From the NCBI GenBank assembly GCA_964616855.1, contig CAZTUJ010000001.1:256301-320300 (forward strand): a stretch of 64,000 nt of DNA, in the 5' to 3' direction. Below the pieces are notes generated by a model that was not told where the DNA came from, did not search any database, and worked only from the letters and a program-made list of their open reading frames with translations. A program made the translations under genes and the position numbers. The DNA is from an uncultured Gammaproteobacteria bacterium. Its GTDB lineage: Bacteria; Patescibacteriota; Patescibacteriia; Patescibacteriales; UBA12465. Shown in pieces: positions 1 through 9,397 of the stretch. Numbering within the stretch: position 1 is the stretch's first letter; every line of letters begins with the position of its first letter.

Positions 1-182
1 TTCATTTGATTTGTTTTCATCTTCCTGGGTTTTATGGGTGGATATTAAAGTTCTGCTCTATTTTTAGTAGATAATTTGCTTTTTGTCAACTATTCCTTTA
101 TTATCAAAGTGATTGTAATATTTATTGATTTCAACCGTATTCTATAGTAAAGAGGGCTTAAGCTCTGTTTTAATTTTTCTTT

Positions 183-1976
183 ATGGAAAATCCTTCCGAG
201 TTAGAAAACAAGAAAAAACCCAGCCTCAGTTGGCGGGAATTTTGGCAGGAATTGTGGCGACTTTTGTTGCCTTTTCGCCGTTTAATTCATATTATCCTCG
301 CCATTACCGTGTTCGGGGCGGTTTTTGATTTGGCTAAGCCCTATATCCTTAAGCTTTTAATTGATAGTTTATATAATTTTCAGGTGACTGACTTAAATTT
401 TTTAATTTGGCTGATTGCCCTTTATCTCGGCTCTGATCAGATCCGTTCCGTTATTCAGTATTTTGGTGATCGCTCTATTTTAAAATTATTAGTGAAGATA
501 GAATATTACTTGGGTTTAAAAGCACAGTCTAAGTTACTTGATCTCAGTTTAGGTTATCACGAAAAAGAAAATACCGGCGGCAAGATTATTAAGATTGAAA
601 GAGGGGTTGATCGGATTTCTACCTTAGTCAACAATATTGGCTGGGAAGTCGCGCCGACGCTGGTACAACTAGCCTTTACTATCCCGGCTTTATTTTGGGC
701 GGATTGGCGTATCGGTATTTCTTTTTTAATTTTTGCCCCTTTATTTATTTTTGTCACTTATTGGTCTAATCAAAAAATGTATCCGGTGCGCAAAGAGATT
801 TATCGTTCTTATGAAGTTGCCTCCGGCAAGATGACGCAGTCAATTATTAATATCAATGCCGTTCAGTCTTTTGTCCAAGAAGAGCGGGAGTTGTCTGAAT
901 TTGAAAAGATTAAAGCTGGAATTAGAGATAATGAGAATAAGCAGTGGGGCTGGATGATGAAGATTGGTCTGGGCCGCAATTTGATTGTTGATATCGGCCG
1001 GGCCGCTGTTTTATTCCTCGGTGTTTATTTGGTTTATCACGGCACCATTAGCGTTGGTACCTTAATTTTTGCCTTTACTTTGAGCGAGAAAGCTTATGCC
1101 TCCACTTATCGCCTATCTCGTTTTTATGACCGGATGGAAGAAGGCCGCGAAGGTGTTAACCGTCTTTTAATTTTATTTAAAGCCGAGAGTGAGATTGTTA
1201 ATAATGATAAAGCTATTATTCCTAAGACTATTAAGGGCGAAATTGAATTTAAGGATGTCACTTTCCAATACCGCGATGCCAGCATCAAAGCTTTAGACGG
1301 GGTTAGCTGTAAGTTAATAGCGGGGAGCACGGTAGCCTTAGTTGGTCCTTCGGGTGGCGGTAAAACCACTCTAGCGCGTTTGATTTATCGCCATTATGAT
1401 GCCAATTCCGGCCAGGTACTAGTGGATGGACAAGATGTGCGTGATCTTGATCTCTTTGCTTACCGTCGTTTTTTAGCCATTGTTCCGCAAGAGGTGGAAA
1501 TATTTGATGTCAGTGTTAAAGAAAATATTGCCTATGCTCATCCTAGCGCCAGCCAGAAAGAAATTGAGGCGGCGGCCCGCATTGCTAATGCGGAAGAATT
1601 TATTTTAAAGCTAGAAAAGGGTTATGACACCTTAGTGGGTGAGCGGGGGATTAAACTTTCCGGCGGTCAACGGCAACGCCTGGGTATTGCCCGCGCGATT
1701 TTAGCCAATCCGAAAATTTTGATTTTTGATGAGGCTACCTCTAATCTTGATAGTCAGAGTGAGCGTTTAATTCAGGACGCCCTAAGTCATATCGGTCGCA
1801 ATCGTACGGTTATTATCATTGCTCATCGCTTGAGTACGATTAAGCAGGCAGACAAAATTATTGTCTTAGAAAACGGCAAAGTGGTTGAACAGGGGAGTCA
1901 TAGCGAACTCGCTCATGTTTCTGGCGGTCTTTATTCCAAGCTCTTGAAATTGCAAGAATTGGGCGAAGTTGCTTAA
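183..1976 (+). CDS. ABC transporter, fused permease/ATP-binding protein (MsbA/ABCB-type exporter)
   Basis: 597-aa ORF with a hydrophobic N-terminal half. Then Walker A GPSGGGKTT, ABC signature LSGGQRQR, Walker B ILIFDEATS and H-loop IIIAHRLS. Confidence 0.9.
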   Translation: MENPSELENKKKPSLSWREFWQELWRLLLPFRRLIHIILAITVFGAVFDLAKPYILKLLIDSLYNFQVTDLNFLIWLIALYLGSDQIRSVIQYFGDRSILKLLVKIEYYLGLKAQSKLLDLSLGYHEKENTGGKIIKIERGVDRISTLVNNIGWEVAPTLVQLAFTIPALFWADWRIGISFLIFAPLFIFVTYWSNQKMYPVRKEIYRSYEVASGKMTQSIININAVQSFVQEERELSEFEKIKAGIRDNENKQWGWMMKIGLGRNLIVDIGRAAVLFLGVYLVYHGTISVGTLIFAFTLSEKAYASTYRLSRFYDRMEEGREGVNRLLILFKAESEIVNNDKAIIPKTIKGEIEFKDVTFQYRDASIKALDGVSCKLIAGSTVALVGPSGGGKTTLARLIYRHYDANSGQVLVDGQDVRDLDLFAYRRFLAIVPQEVEIFDVSVKENIAYAHPSASQKEIEAAARIANAEEFILKLEKGYDTLVGERGIKLSGGQRQRLGIARAILANPKILIFDEATSNLDSQSERLIQDALSHIGRNRTVIIIAHRLSTIKQADKIIVLENGKVVEQGSHSELAHVSGGLYSKLLKLQELGEVA

Positions 1977-1995
1977 TTTTCTTATCAGTTTTATT

Positions 1996-2028
1996 AACGG
2001 AGGCTGAATCAGCCTCCGTTTTGTTTTT
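1996..2028 (+). terminator. Rho-independent terminator after the ABC transporter gene
   Basis: AACGGAGGCTG-aat-CAGCCTCCGTT is a perfect 11-bp stem followed by TTGTTTTT, 20 nt after the stop codon. Confidence 0.8.
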
Positions 2029-2031
2029 ACC

Positions 2032-2061
2032 TAGACTTTTATTACCTTTTTAGGCTATAAT
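2032..2061 (+). promoter_or_regulatory. Putative sigma70-type promoter of murB
   Basis: TAGACT, an 18-nt spacer, then TATAAT (2056-2061). The -10 box ends 7 nt before the murB ATG at 2068. Confidence 0.4.
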
Positions 2062-2067
2062 ATCTTT

Positions 2068-3090
2068 ATGCTTAAAATTCAGAAACAAATAGATTTAAGC
2101 CCTTATACTACTTTAAAAATCGGTGCCAAGGCCGCTTATTTTGCTGTTATTAGAGAAGAAAATGATTTAGAAGAAGCTCTGGCTTTTGCTCGAAAGCAGA
2201 AACTGCCAATTTTTGTCTTAGGGGGAGGCTCTAATGTTTTGATTAGTCGCCCTTTAAAGGCTTTAGTCCTAAAAAATGAATTAAAAGGCGTACGGGTGGT
2301 TAAGGAAACAGCAACCGCCGCTTGGGTGGAGGCGCGTTCGGGTGAATGGTGGAGCGCTTTGGTTTATTTTGCGATTGAGCGCGGTTGGGGCGGGGCAGAG
2401 AATTTATATTATGTGCCGGGAACAGTCGGTGCCGCCCCGGTGCAAAATATTGGTGCTTATGGCGCGGAGTTGAAAGATGTTTTTGCTAATTTACGCGCGA
2501 TCGATTTACGTAGTGGTAAAGAAAAAGTTTTTAAACTTAAAGATTGTGCCTTCGCTTATCGCAATAGTGTTTTTAAGAATAAGTATAAGGGCCGATATTT
2601 TATTGCCAGTGTCACTTTAAAGTTAAGTAAGCGTCCGGTTTTACGTCTCGACTATGGCGATATCCGCACGAAACTGGCGGAGCAGGGGATAAAAAGTCCG
2701 AGCCTTTTGCAATTAGCAGAAGCAATTAGACAGATTCGGGACAGCAAGTTACCTAATCCTTCTGTGATTGCTAACGCTGGTTCTTTTTTCAAAAATCCAG
2801 AGATTTCTTTAAGCGCTTTTAAAAAATTACAAAAAGCTTTTCCCGAGATTAAATTTTTTCCAGCCTCCAAAGCTAATTTAGTGAAAGTGCCCGCTGGCTG
2901 GCTGATTGAGCAGGCTGGTTTTAAGGGAAGGCGTTTCGGTGCGGTGGGGATGTATGAAAAGCAAGCTTTAATTTTAGTAAATTACGGCGGTGCCACTGCC
3001 CGCCAAGCTTTAACTCAAGTGCGTCGCGTTCAGGCTGGTGTTTTCAAAAAATTTGGCGTTAAAATTGAGCCGGAAGTAAACATTATTTAA
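2068..3090 (+). CDS. murB: UDP-N-acetylenolpyruvoylglucosamine reductase
   Basis: 340 aa with the FAD-binding motif VLGGGSNVL, the C-terminal MurB motif NAGSFFKNP and PAGWLIEQAGFKG. Confidence 0.9.
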   Translation: MLKIQKQIDLSPYTTLKIGAKAAYFAVIREENDLEEALAFARKQKLPIFVLGGGSNVLISRPLKALVLKNELKGVRVVKETATAAWVEARSGEWWSALVYFAIERGWGGAENLYYVPGTVGAAPVQNIGAYGAELKDVFANLRAIDLRSGKEKVFKLKDCAFAYRNSVFKNKYKGRYFIASVTLKLSKRPVLRLDYGDIRTKLAEQGIKSPSLLQLAEAIRQIRDSKLPNPSVIANAGSFFKNPEISLSAFKKLQKAFPEIKFFPASKANLVKVPAGWLIEQAGFKGRRFGAVGMYEKQALILVNYGGATARQALTQVRRVQAGVFKKFGVKIEPEVNII

Positions 3091-3094
3091 TTAT

Positions 3095-3532
3095 ATGAAA
3101 ATTGTTATTTGTGGCAGTGTTGATTTCACCCCTCAAATTGCGGCCGCGGCCGCTGTTTTAAGCAAGGCCGGCCATAGCGTTGAGGTGCCACGCTTAACTC
3201 AGAGAATCATAGCCGGAGAATTGAGTTATGAAGACTTCATTAAAGAGAAACAGGCTAACGGTGATGGTGTTTTTCGCCAAGCGGAGGCAGGTAGTTTGAT
3301 TAAACGTTATTACCAATTAATTCAAGCGGCTGACGCCGTTTTAGTAGTTAATGCCACCAAGAAGGGAATTGATGGCTATATTGGTGCTAATACTTTTTTG
3401 GAAATCGGCTTTGCTCATGTTTTAGATAAGCGTCTCTATCTTCTCAATCCTTGGGCACCTGGTCCTTATGAAGATGAATTGGCTGAAATTGCCCCTACTG
3501 TTATTAACGGTGATCTTAGCTTGATTAAATAA
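3095..3532 (+). CDS. Nucleoside 2-deoxyribosyltransferase-like superfamily protein (function uncertain)
   Basis: 145 aa. Rossmann-like N-terminus MKIVICGS and a late GANTFLEIGFA motif resemble the D/GxxxExG pattern of the Rcl/NDT fold. This is weak, motif-level evidence only. Confidence 0.4.
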   Translation: MKIVICGSVDFTPQIAAAAAVLSKAGHSVEVPRLTQRIIAGELSYEDFIKEKQANGDGVFRQAEAGSLIKRYYQLIQAADAVLVVNATKKGIDGYIGANTFLEIGFAHVLDKRLYLLNPWAPGPYEDELAEIAPTVINGDLSLIK

Positions 3533-3570
3533 TTAAATCCTTTAAGATATTGTTTTAAAGATAAAAACAT

Positions 3571-5451
3571 ATGACTGCTAATGAACTCCGCCAAAAATAT
3601 TTAGATTTTTTTAAGAGTAAGGGCCACGCCATTATTCCCAGCGCTTCTTTGCTTCCGGAAAATGACGCTTCTTTGTTATTTACCAATTCCGGCATGTTTC
3701 CGCTGGTCCCTTATTTATTGGGAGAAACTCATCCGGCCGGTATTCGTTTGGCGGACAGTCAAAAATCTTTTCGTACGGAAGATATTGATGAGGTTGGTGA
3801 TAGCCGCCACAATACTTTTTTTGAGATGTTGGGTAATTGGTCTTTGGGCGATTATTTTAAAAAAGAGCAGTTAGCTTGGTGGTTTGAATTTTTATTTGTT
3901 GAATTAAAAATGGATCCAGCTCGTATTTACCAAACAGTTTATGCCGGTAGTGCTGATGGTAAAATCGCTAAGGACGATGAGGCTATCTCGATTTTACAAG
4001 AACTTTTTGTTCATTACGGTGTTTCCGCTGAAGAGGGGCCAATGACAAGCGGCAAAGGAGCGCTTGGCTCTGGTCAGGAATTAGATTTTTCTCGTCAGCG
4101 AATTTTTGCTTATGGCGATAAGAATTGGTGGCAACGCGGTGATGCCGTTGGGGAACTTGGTGGCCCAGATAGTGAAACTTTTTATGATACCGGCAAGGAA
4201 CATGATGTGGCTTACGGCCCTCATTGCCACCCCAATTGCGATTGCGGTCGTTTCTTAGAAATTGGCAATTCCGTTTTTATGCAGTATCAGAAAAGCGTTG
4301 ACGGCTGGCAGGAATTGAAGCATAAGAATGTTGATTTTGGTGGTGGTTTGGAGCGGGTGTTGATGGTTTTAAGCGGTCAAGACAGTATTTTTAAAACTGA
4401 TCTCTTCATTCGAGCAATCGCGCGTATTGAAGAATTGTCTGGTAAAAAATATGCTGACGATAAGAGAGCTTTCGAAGTAATTGCCGATCACTTGAAAGCA
4501 GCTACCTTTATTGTCGGCGATGACCGGGGCGTGCCTCCCTCTAATACTGATCAGGGTTATATTGTCCGTCGCCTTCTGCGCCGGGCCATTCGCTACGGCC
4601 GCCAAATTGGCATCTCTCAGGAGAAGTGGCTCAAAGAAGTCGCTCAGATTTTTATCGATGACTACGCCTCGGCTTATCCGGAATTAAAAAAGAACCAAGA
4701 ATTTATTTTCACAGAATTTGATAAAGAGGAGGATAAATTTAATCGCACTTTGGAGAAGGGAATGATTGAATTTAATAAATTAGCAGCCCAGGACTTAGAC
4801 GGTGTCGCCGCCTTCAATCTTTATCAGAGCTATGGTTTTCCTTTGGAGATAACGGAAGAATTGGCTGCTGAGCGGGGAATTAAAGTTGATCGTCCCGGCT
4901 TTATGGCTGAACTCCAAAAACACCAAGAACTTTCTCGGACCGCTTCGGCTGGTAAGTTTAAAGGTGGCTTAGCTGACCACAGTGAAGAGACAACTAAGCT
5001 ACATACCGCTGCTCATCTATTGCTGGCCGCTTTACGCAAAGTTTTGGGAGACCATGTTGCCCAGAAGGGTAGCAATATTACGGCCGAGCGCTTACGTTTC
5101 GATTTTTCTCATCCCGAAAAAGTAACTCCGGAACAGATTGCGGCCGTGGAGGAGCTGGTTAATGGGGCCATCAATCTCGGTTTAGATGTCGCTTATGAAG
5201 AAATTCCTCTGTCCGAAGCGAAGGCTACTGGGGCGACTGGTGTCTTTGATTCTAAGTATGGGGAACAGGTAAAAGTGTATACGGTGGGACAAAATAATGG
5301 GGGCAAACAAGCCTCTTGGGATAATGTTTTTTCTCGAGAAATTTGTGGCGGTCCTCACGTCCAAACTTTACAAGGATTAGGTAAATTTAAGATTCAAAAA
5401 GAAGAGGCGTCTTCAGCTGGAGTGCGAAGAATTAAGGCAATTTTAGAGTAA
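3571..5451 (+). CDS. alaS: Alanine--tRNA ligase, short form (catalytic and editing domains, no C-Ala domain)
   Basis: FTNSGMFPL and HNTFFEMLGNWSLGDYFK catalytic motifs. Editing-domain HTAAHLL and CGGPHV metal ligands. Only 626 aa. Confidence 0.9.
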   Translation: MTANELRQKYLDFFKSKGHAIIPSASLLPENDASLLFTNSGMFPLVPYLLGETHPAGIRLADSQKSFRTEDIDEVGDSRHNTFFEMLGNWSLGDYFKKEQLAWWFEFLFVELKMDPARIYQTVYAGSADGKIAKDDEAISILQELFVHYGVSAEEGPMTSGKGALGSGQELDFSRQRIFAYGDKNWWQRGDAVGELGGPDSETFYDTGKEHDVAYGPHCHPNCDCGRFLEIGNSVFMQYQKSVDGWQELKHKNVDFGGGLERVLMVLSGQDSIFKTDLFIRAIARIEELSGKKYADDKRAFEVIADHLKAATFIVGDDRGVPPSNTDQGYIVRRLLRRAIRYGRQIGISQEKWLKEVAQIFIDDYASAYPELKKNQEFIFTEFDKEEDKFNRTLEKGMIEFNKLAAQDLDGVAAFNLYQSYGFPLEITEELAAERGIKVDRPGFMAELQKHQELSRTASAGKFKGGLADHSEETTKLHTAAHLLLAALRKVLGDHVAQKGSNITAERLRFDFSHPEKVTPEQIAAVEELVNGAINLGLDVAYEEIPLSEAKATGATGVFDSKYGEQVKVYTVGQNNGGKQASWDNVFSREICGGPHVQTLQGLGKFKIQKEEASSAGVRRIKAILE

Positions 5452-5474
5452 AGCCTTGTTTTTAGGGCTTACTA

Positions 5475-5503
5475 TTGACAATTTTTGTGCTTGTCTATAT
5501 ACT
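5475..5503 (+). promoter_or_regulatory. Near-consensus sigma70 promoter upstream of infA
   Basis: TTGACA (5475-5480), a 17-nt spacer, then TATACT (5498-5503). Confidence 0.6.
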
Positions 5504-5596
5504 ATTGCCATTGAGATTAAAAATAAGATTAAACAGGAATATTTCTAAAAATTTTGATAAGGCTAGAATTTGTCTTTATCAAATTTTTTTGTGTTA

Positions 5597-5854
5597 ATGT
5601 CAAAAAATAAAACTAAAAATCAGGAAACTGTTGAAACTTTGAACGCCAAAGACTTTTTAGAAATGCAAGGCGAGGTCACGGAGCTAATGCCGGCGGCCAC
5701 TTTCCGGGTGAAACTAGATAGCGGCCATGAAATTTTGGCCCATCTTTCCGGCAAGATGCGGATGAATAAAATCCGTCTTCTTCCCGGCGATCGCGTGCGC
5801 TTACAGATCAGCCCTTACGATTTAAGCAAGGGTCGGATCGTTTTCCGTCTCTAA
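5597..5854 (+). CDS. infA: Translation initiation factor IF-1
   Basis: S1-like core GEVTELMPAATFRVKLDSGHEILAHLSGKMRMNKIRLLPGDRVRLQISPYDLSKGRIVFR. ATG 5597 was chosen inside the longer TTG-initiated track ORF (5570). Confidence 0.9.
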   Translation: MSKNKTKNQETVETLNAKDFLEMQGEVTELMPAATFRVKLDSGHEILAHLSGKMRMNKIRLLPGDRVRLQISPYDLSKGRIVFRL

Positions 5855-5909
5855 GCACGCCCCTTAATTTGGATTTAACCCCTACTTTATTTATTTTTTT
5901 CACGACTTT

Positions 5910-6023
5910 ATGAAAGTAAGAGCGAGTGCCAAAAAAATTTGCAAAGATTGTAAGACTGTTCGCCGTAAAGGCCGTGTCTACGTAATCTGTAAAAATCCTA
6001 AGCATAAGCAAAGACAAGGATAA
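5910..6023 (+). CDS. rpmJ: 50S ribosomal protein L36
   Basis: Translated by hand as [37 protein letters not shown] (37 aa, below the ORF-track cutoff). Sits in the canonical position between infA and rpsM. Confidence 0.9.
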   Translation: MKVRASAKKICKDCKTVRRKGRVYVICKNPKHKQRQG

Positions 6024-6068
6024 TTAAGCATTGGGATCCGCTTTGAGCGGAACCTAAACATTTATATT

Positions 6069-6461
6069 ATGGCTATTAGAATTGCGGGCGTAAGCATTCC
6101 CAACGACAAACGGGTGGATATTTCCATCACCTATATCTACGGTATCGGCAACAGCCGGGCGAAGAAGATTTTAGAGGCGGTCAATATCAAACCGGAAACT
6201 AAAGTTAAAGACTTAAAAGAAGAAGAAGCGAACCTTTTGCGTGAACAGATTGAAAAGAAGCATACGGTTGAAGGTGATTTACGCCGTGAGGTCGCAAGTA
6301 ATATTAAGCGTTTAAAAGAAATCGGTTGCTACCGTGGTTTGCGCCATATGCGCAACTTACCGGTTCGTGGCCAGCGCACTAAGACTAACAGTCGTACGGT
6401 TCGCGGCAATAAGCGCATGACTGCCACTAGCGGTCGTTCCAAAGCCGGCTTGAAGACCTAG
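6069..6461 (+). CDS. rpsM: 30S ribosomal protein S13
   Basis: [16 protein letters not shown] start and basic C-terminal tail [14 protein letters not shown]. Supported by synteny. Confidence 0.95.
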   Translation: MAIRIAGVSIPNDKRVDISITYIYGIGNSRAKKILEAVNIKPETKVKDLKEEEANLLREQIEKKHTVEGDLRREVASNIKRLKEIGCYRGLRHMRNLPVRGQRTKTNSRTVRGNKRMTATSGRSKAGLKT

Positions 6462-6499
6462 TCTGGCGGCTTTTCTAGATTAATTTATTAACAAGCATT

Positions 6500-7093
6500 A
6501 TGTCCGAAGAAAAGAATTTAAATCCTGAAGAAGAAGTCTTACCGGCTACTCCCGCTCCAGCGGAAGCACCTGTCGTTCCTGCTGAAGAAGCGGATGACGA
6601 GCGTGATGAAGCCCCGGCTTTTTCCCTTGATTCTGCCGCTGATGATGAATTGCCGGAAGAAATCAAACAGAAATTAGAAAAAAATAAGCAAGCGCGCGCT
6701 AAGAAAAAATTAGTAAAGAAGCGCAAAAAGCGTGCTGCCCGCACGGTGAAGGTTGGTCGCGCCTATATCAACGCTACCTACAACAACACCATGGTAACTT
6801 TGGCCGATGCTAACGGCGACGTCATTTCTTGGGCCAGCGCCGGTATGGCCGGTTTCAAGGGTGCCAAGAAAGCCACTCCTTACGCCGCTCAAATCATTAC
6901 TAAAATTGCCGTTCAAAAAGCGAAAGAAGAATATGGCTTGCAAGAAGTGAGCGTTTTCGTCTCCGGTGTCGGCACCGGCAGAGAAGCGGCTATCCGCGCT
7001 TTAAATGCCAACGGTTTGGAAGTCTCAGCCATTAAGGATACCACCCCGGTTCCTCATAACGGCTGCCGTCCGAAAAAGCCGAGAAGAGTGTAA
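6500..7093 (+). CDS. rpsK: 30S ribosomal protein S11 with a long N-terminal low-complexity extension
   Basis: Core [45 protein letters not shown]. It is preceded by about 70 aa of acidic, then Lys-rich sequence. Confidence 0.95.
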   Translation: MSEEKNLNPEEEVLPATPAPAEAPVVPAEEADDERDEAPAFSLDSAADDELPEEIKQKLEKNKQARAKKKLVKKRKKRAARTVKVGRAYINATYNNTMVTLADANGDVISWASAGMAGFKGAKKATPYAAQIITKIAVQKAKEEYGLQEVSVFVSGVGTGREAAIRALNANGLEVSAIKDTTPVPHNGCRPKKPRRV

Positions 7094-7115
7094 TTAATAA
7101 TCGCAACTAATACAT

Positions 7116-7748
7116 ATGGGAAGAAATTTAGACAGTAAATGCCAACAGTGTCGCCGCGTAGGCGAAAAATTATTCTTAAAGGGCGAACGGTGTAATACTC
7201 CGAAATGCGCCATGGTTAAGCGTAATTATCCCCCGGGCTTTCATGGTCCGACCCGCGGTCGCCGCAAGTTAAGCGATTACGGTACCCAGTTGATGGAAAA
7301 ACAGAAGGCGAAGAAATATTATAATGTCATGGAAAAGCAATTCCGTTTGACTTTTGAAAAAGCTTCTAAGAAGAGCGGTGATTCTGGTAAGAATTTTTTA
7401 CGCCTTTTAGAAACACGTTTAGACAATGTTGTTTTCCGCCTCGGTTTTGCCACTTCCCGCACCCAAGCACGACAGTTAGTTAATCACGGTCATTTTGACG
7501 TTAATGGCGTTAAGACCGATATTGCTTCCTATATTGTGAAGCCCGGACAGGAAATTTCCGTTCGCGTCCGCAGCCGCAAAAATCCTTATTTTAAGCAATT
7601 AGCTGAAAAATTAAAGAAAGCGGAATTACCGGGTTGGCTCAATTTACAAGCCGCCGAATTGAAAGCGAAAGTTTTGCACGAACCGACTGACAACGATCTG
7701 CCTACCAATATCAACGTGCAGATGATCATTGAGTATTATTCAAAATAA
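7116..7748 (+). CDS. rpsD: 30S ribosomal protein S4
   Basis: N-terminal CQQCRRVGEKLFLKGERC and S4 RNA-binding domain RLDNVVFRLGFATSRTQARQLVNHGHF. Confidence 0.95.
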   Translation: MGRNLDSKCQQCRRVGEKLFLKGERCNTPKCAMVKRNYPPGFHGPTRGRRKLSDYGTQLMEKQKAKKYYNVMEKQFRLTFEKASKKSGDSGKNFLRLLETRLDNVVFRLGFATSRTQARQLVNHGHFDVNGVKTDIASYIVKPGQEISVRVRSRKNPYFKQLAEKLKKAELPGWLNLQAAELKAKVLHEPTDNDLPTNINVQMIIEYYSK

Positions 7749-7812
7749 TCTGTCGTCTACCGCGCTGAGGAGGCGCTTGAGTCTTTAGGGGCTTCAGGCG
7801 TAAGACTGTGCG

Positions 7813-8637
7813 TTGATGACATATGTTTCTATGGAAAATATCGCTTTGCCAAAAAAAGTGGATTTCCTCGCAGGAAAGAATGACAACGAGGGTGTAGTAG
7901 TCGTGGAACCTTTGTATCCTGGCTACGGCATGACTTTAGGTAATTCTTTACGCCGCGTTTTGCTTTCTTCTTTACCAGGTGCAGCCGTTGTCGGTGTGAA
8001 AATTAAAGGCGCCAGCCATGAATTCACCACTATTTCCGGCATTCAAGAAGATGTTTTGGAAATCATGTTGAATATTAAGCAATTGCATTTAAAGATGCAT
8101 GGCGATGAAGAACTGCGCTTAGAATTGAAGGCTAAGGGTAAGAAAGTCGTGACCGCCGCTGATATCACTAAGAACAGCGAGGTGGAAATTAAAAATCCGG
8201 AATTAGTTTTAGCCACTTTAACTGAAGAGAAAGCTAGTTTAGATTTAGAGATTTTTGTCCGCCCTGGTCGCGGTTATCGTTTAAGCGAAGGCGCTAAACG
8301 TGAAAATAACGAATTAGGTTATATTGAAATAGATTCCATCTTTTCCCCGGTCTTAGCTGTCAGCTTGGATGTAGAAAATACCCGTGTCGGTAAAATGACG
8401 AACTGGGATAAATTACTGCTTACCTTGAAGACTGACGGTACTCTGAGCCCGATGGAAGCCTTTAATCAGGCGGCTCAAATCTTAGTTGATCAGTTCAATG
8501 CTCTTTTACCTCATGCCCAGGAACCGGCCCCGGTTATCATGGAAGAGGAAGAAGTAGCCGATTTAAATACTGAAGAAGAAGCGGTAATTACCGCTGAAGA
8601 AGTGGAAAAACCGGCGAAAAAGAAAGCCAAAAAATAA
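7813..8637 (+). CDS. rpoA: DNA-directed RNA polymerase subunit alpha (N-terminal domain only; acidic/Lys tail replaces the CTD)
   Basis: EPLYPGYGMTLGNSLRRVLLSSLPGAAV NTD motif. The track start 7813 is TTG, and ATGs at 7816 and 7831 are alternatives. 274 aa at most. Confidence 0.9.
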   Translation: MMTYVSMENIALPKKVDFLAGKNDNEGVVVVEPLYPGYGMTLGNSLRRVLLSSLPGAAVVGVKIKGASHEFTTISGIQEDVLEIMLNIKQLHLKMHGDEELRLELKAKGKKVVTAADITKNSEVEIKNPELVLATLTEEKASLDLEIFVRPGRGYRLSEGAKRENNELGYIEIDSIFSPVLAVSLDVENTRVGKMTNWDKLLLTLKTDGTLSPMEAFNQAAQILVDQFNALLPHAQEPAPVIMEEEEVADLNTEEEAVITAEEVEKPAKKKAKK

Positions 8638-8661
8638 CCGCTTCCTTATAATCCTTAATAT

Positions 8662-9012
8662 ATGCGCCACAGAAATGCGAATAAAATTTTAGACCGGGAG
8701 AAAGGACCGCGCGAGCTTATGCTTCGCAATTTGGCCTCCAGCATCCTGATTTATGAAAAAGTGAAAACGACCAAAGCGAAAGCTCAGGCTGTCCGTCCTT
8801 TGGTGGAGCGAATGATTACCGCCGCTAAGGTTGGTGATTTGAATGCTCGTCGCGGTTTGATTAAAGTTTTGCTCCAAAAGAATGCGATCAAGAAAGCGAT
8901 GGAAGTTTTAGGCCAGCGCTATCAGACCCGCCCCGGCGGCTATACCCGCATGACTAAGCTCGGTCCGCGCCAAGGCGATGGTGCCGAAATGGTGCAGATT
9001 GAACTCGTTTAA
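8662..9012 (+). CDS. rplQ: 50S ribosomal protein L17
   Basis: MRHRNANKILDREKGPRELMLRNLA start. Follows rpoA as in the alpha operon. Confidence 0.95.
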   Translation: MRHRNANKILDREKGPRELMLRNLASSILIYEKVKTTKAKAQAVRPLVERMITAAKVGDLNARRGLIKVLLQKNAIKKAMEVLGQRYQTRPGGYTRMTKLGPRQGDGAEMVQIELV

Positions 9013-9028
9013 TTTTTCGTGCAATTAT

Positions 9029-9385
9029 ATGAATAAAATTGAAAGACAAATCCATAAGCTTGACGCCACTGACCAAGCGGTCGGTCGTTTAGCCAGCCAA
9101 ATCGCCATGATTTTGCGCGGAAAGAACAAACCTGAATTCCAGCCTCATATTGACGGCGGCGACATCGTCGAAGTCAGTAATGCCGGTAAGATGTCATTTA
9201 GTGGTAAAAAGCTTTTACAGAAAAAATATTTCAGCTTTTCCGGTTATCTCAGCGGTTTGAAAACCAAGAGAATGTCCGAAGTTTTCAGCAAAGATCCGGG
9301 TGAAGTTTTGCGCCGAGCGGTGAAGCAGATGCTGCCCCCGACCAAGTTGCGTGACGCGCAGATGAAGCGCTTAATTATTAGATAA
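9029..9385 (+). CDS. rplM: 50S ribosomal protein L13
   Basis: AVGRLASQIAMILRGKNKPEFQPHIDGGDIVEV. ATG 9029 was chosen inside the longer track ORF that overlaps rplQ. Confidence 0.93.
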   Translation: MNKIERQIHKLDATDQAVGRLASQIAMILRGKNKPEFQPHIDGGDIVEVSNAGKMSFSGKKLLQKKYFSFSGYLSGLKTKRMSEVFSKDPGEVLRRAVKQMLPPTKLRDAQMKRLIIR

Positions 9386-9397
9386 TTTCATTGTTTT

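Noticed and set aside
1-20. Possible start of a minus-strand gene running off the left edge (reverse complement ATGAAAACAAATCAAATGAA)
   Set aside because: Only about 6 codons are visible, which is too little to call.
6475-6744. 89-aa minus-strand ORF opposite the rpsK N-terminal extension
   Set aside because: It is an antisense, low-complexity shadow of the S11 extension, whereas the S11 frame continues uninterrupted into the conserved core.
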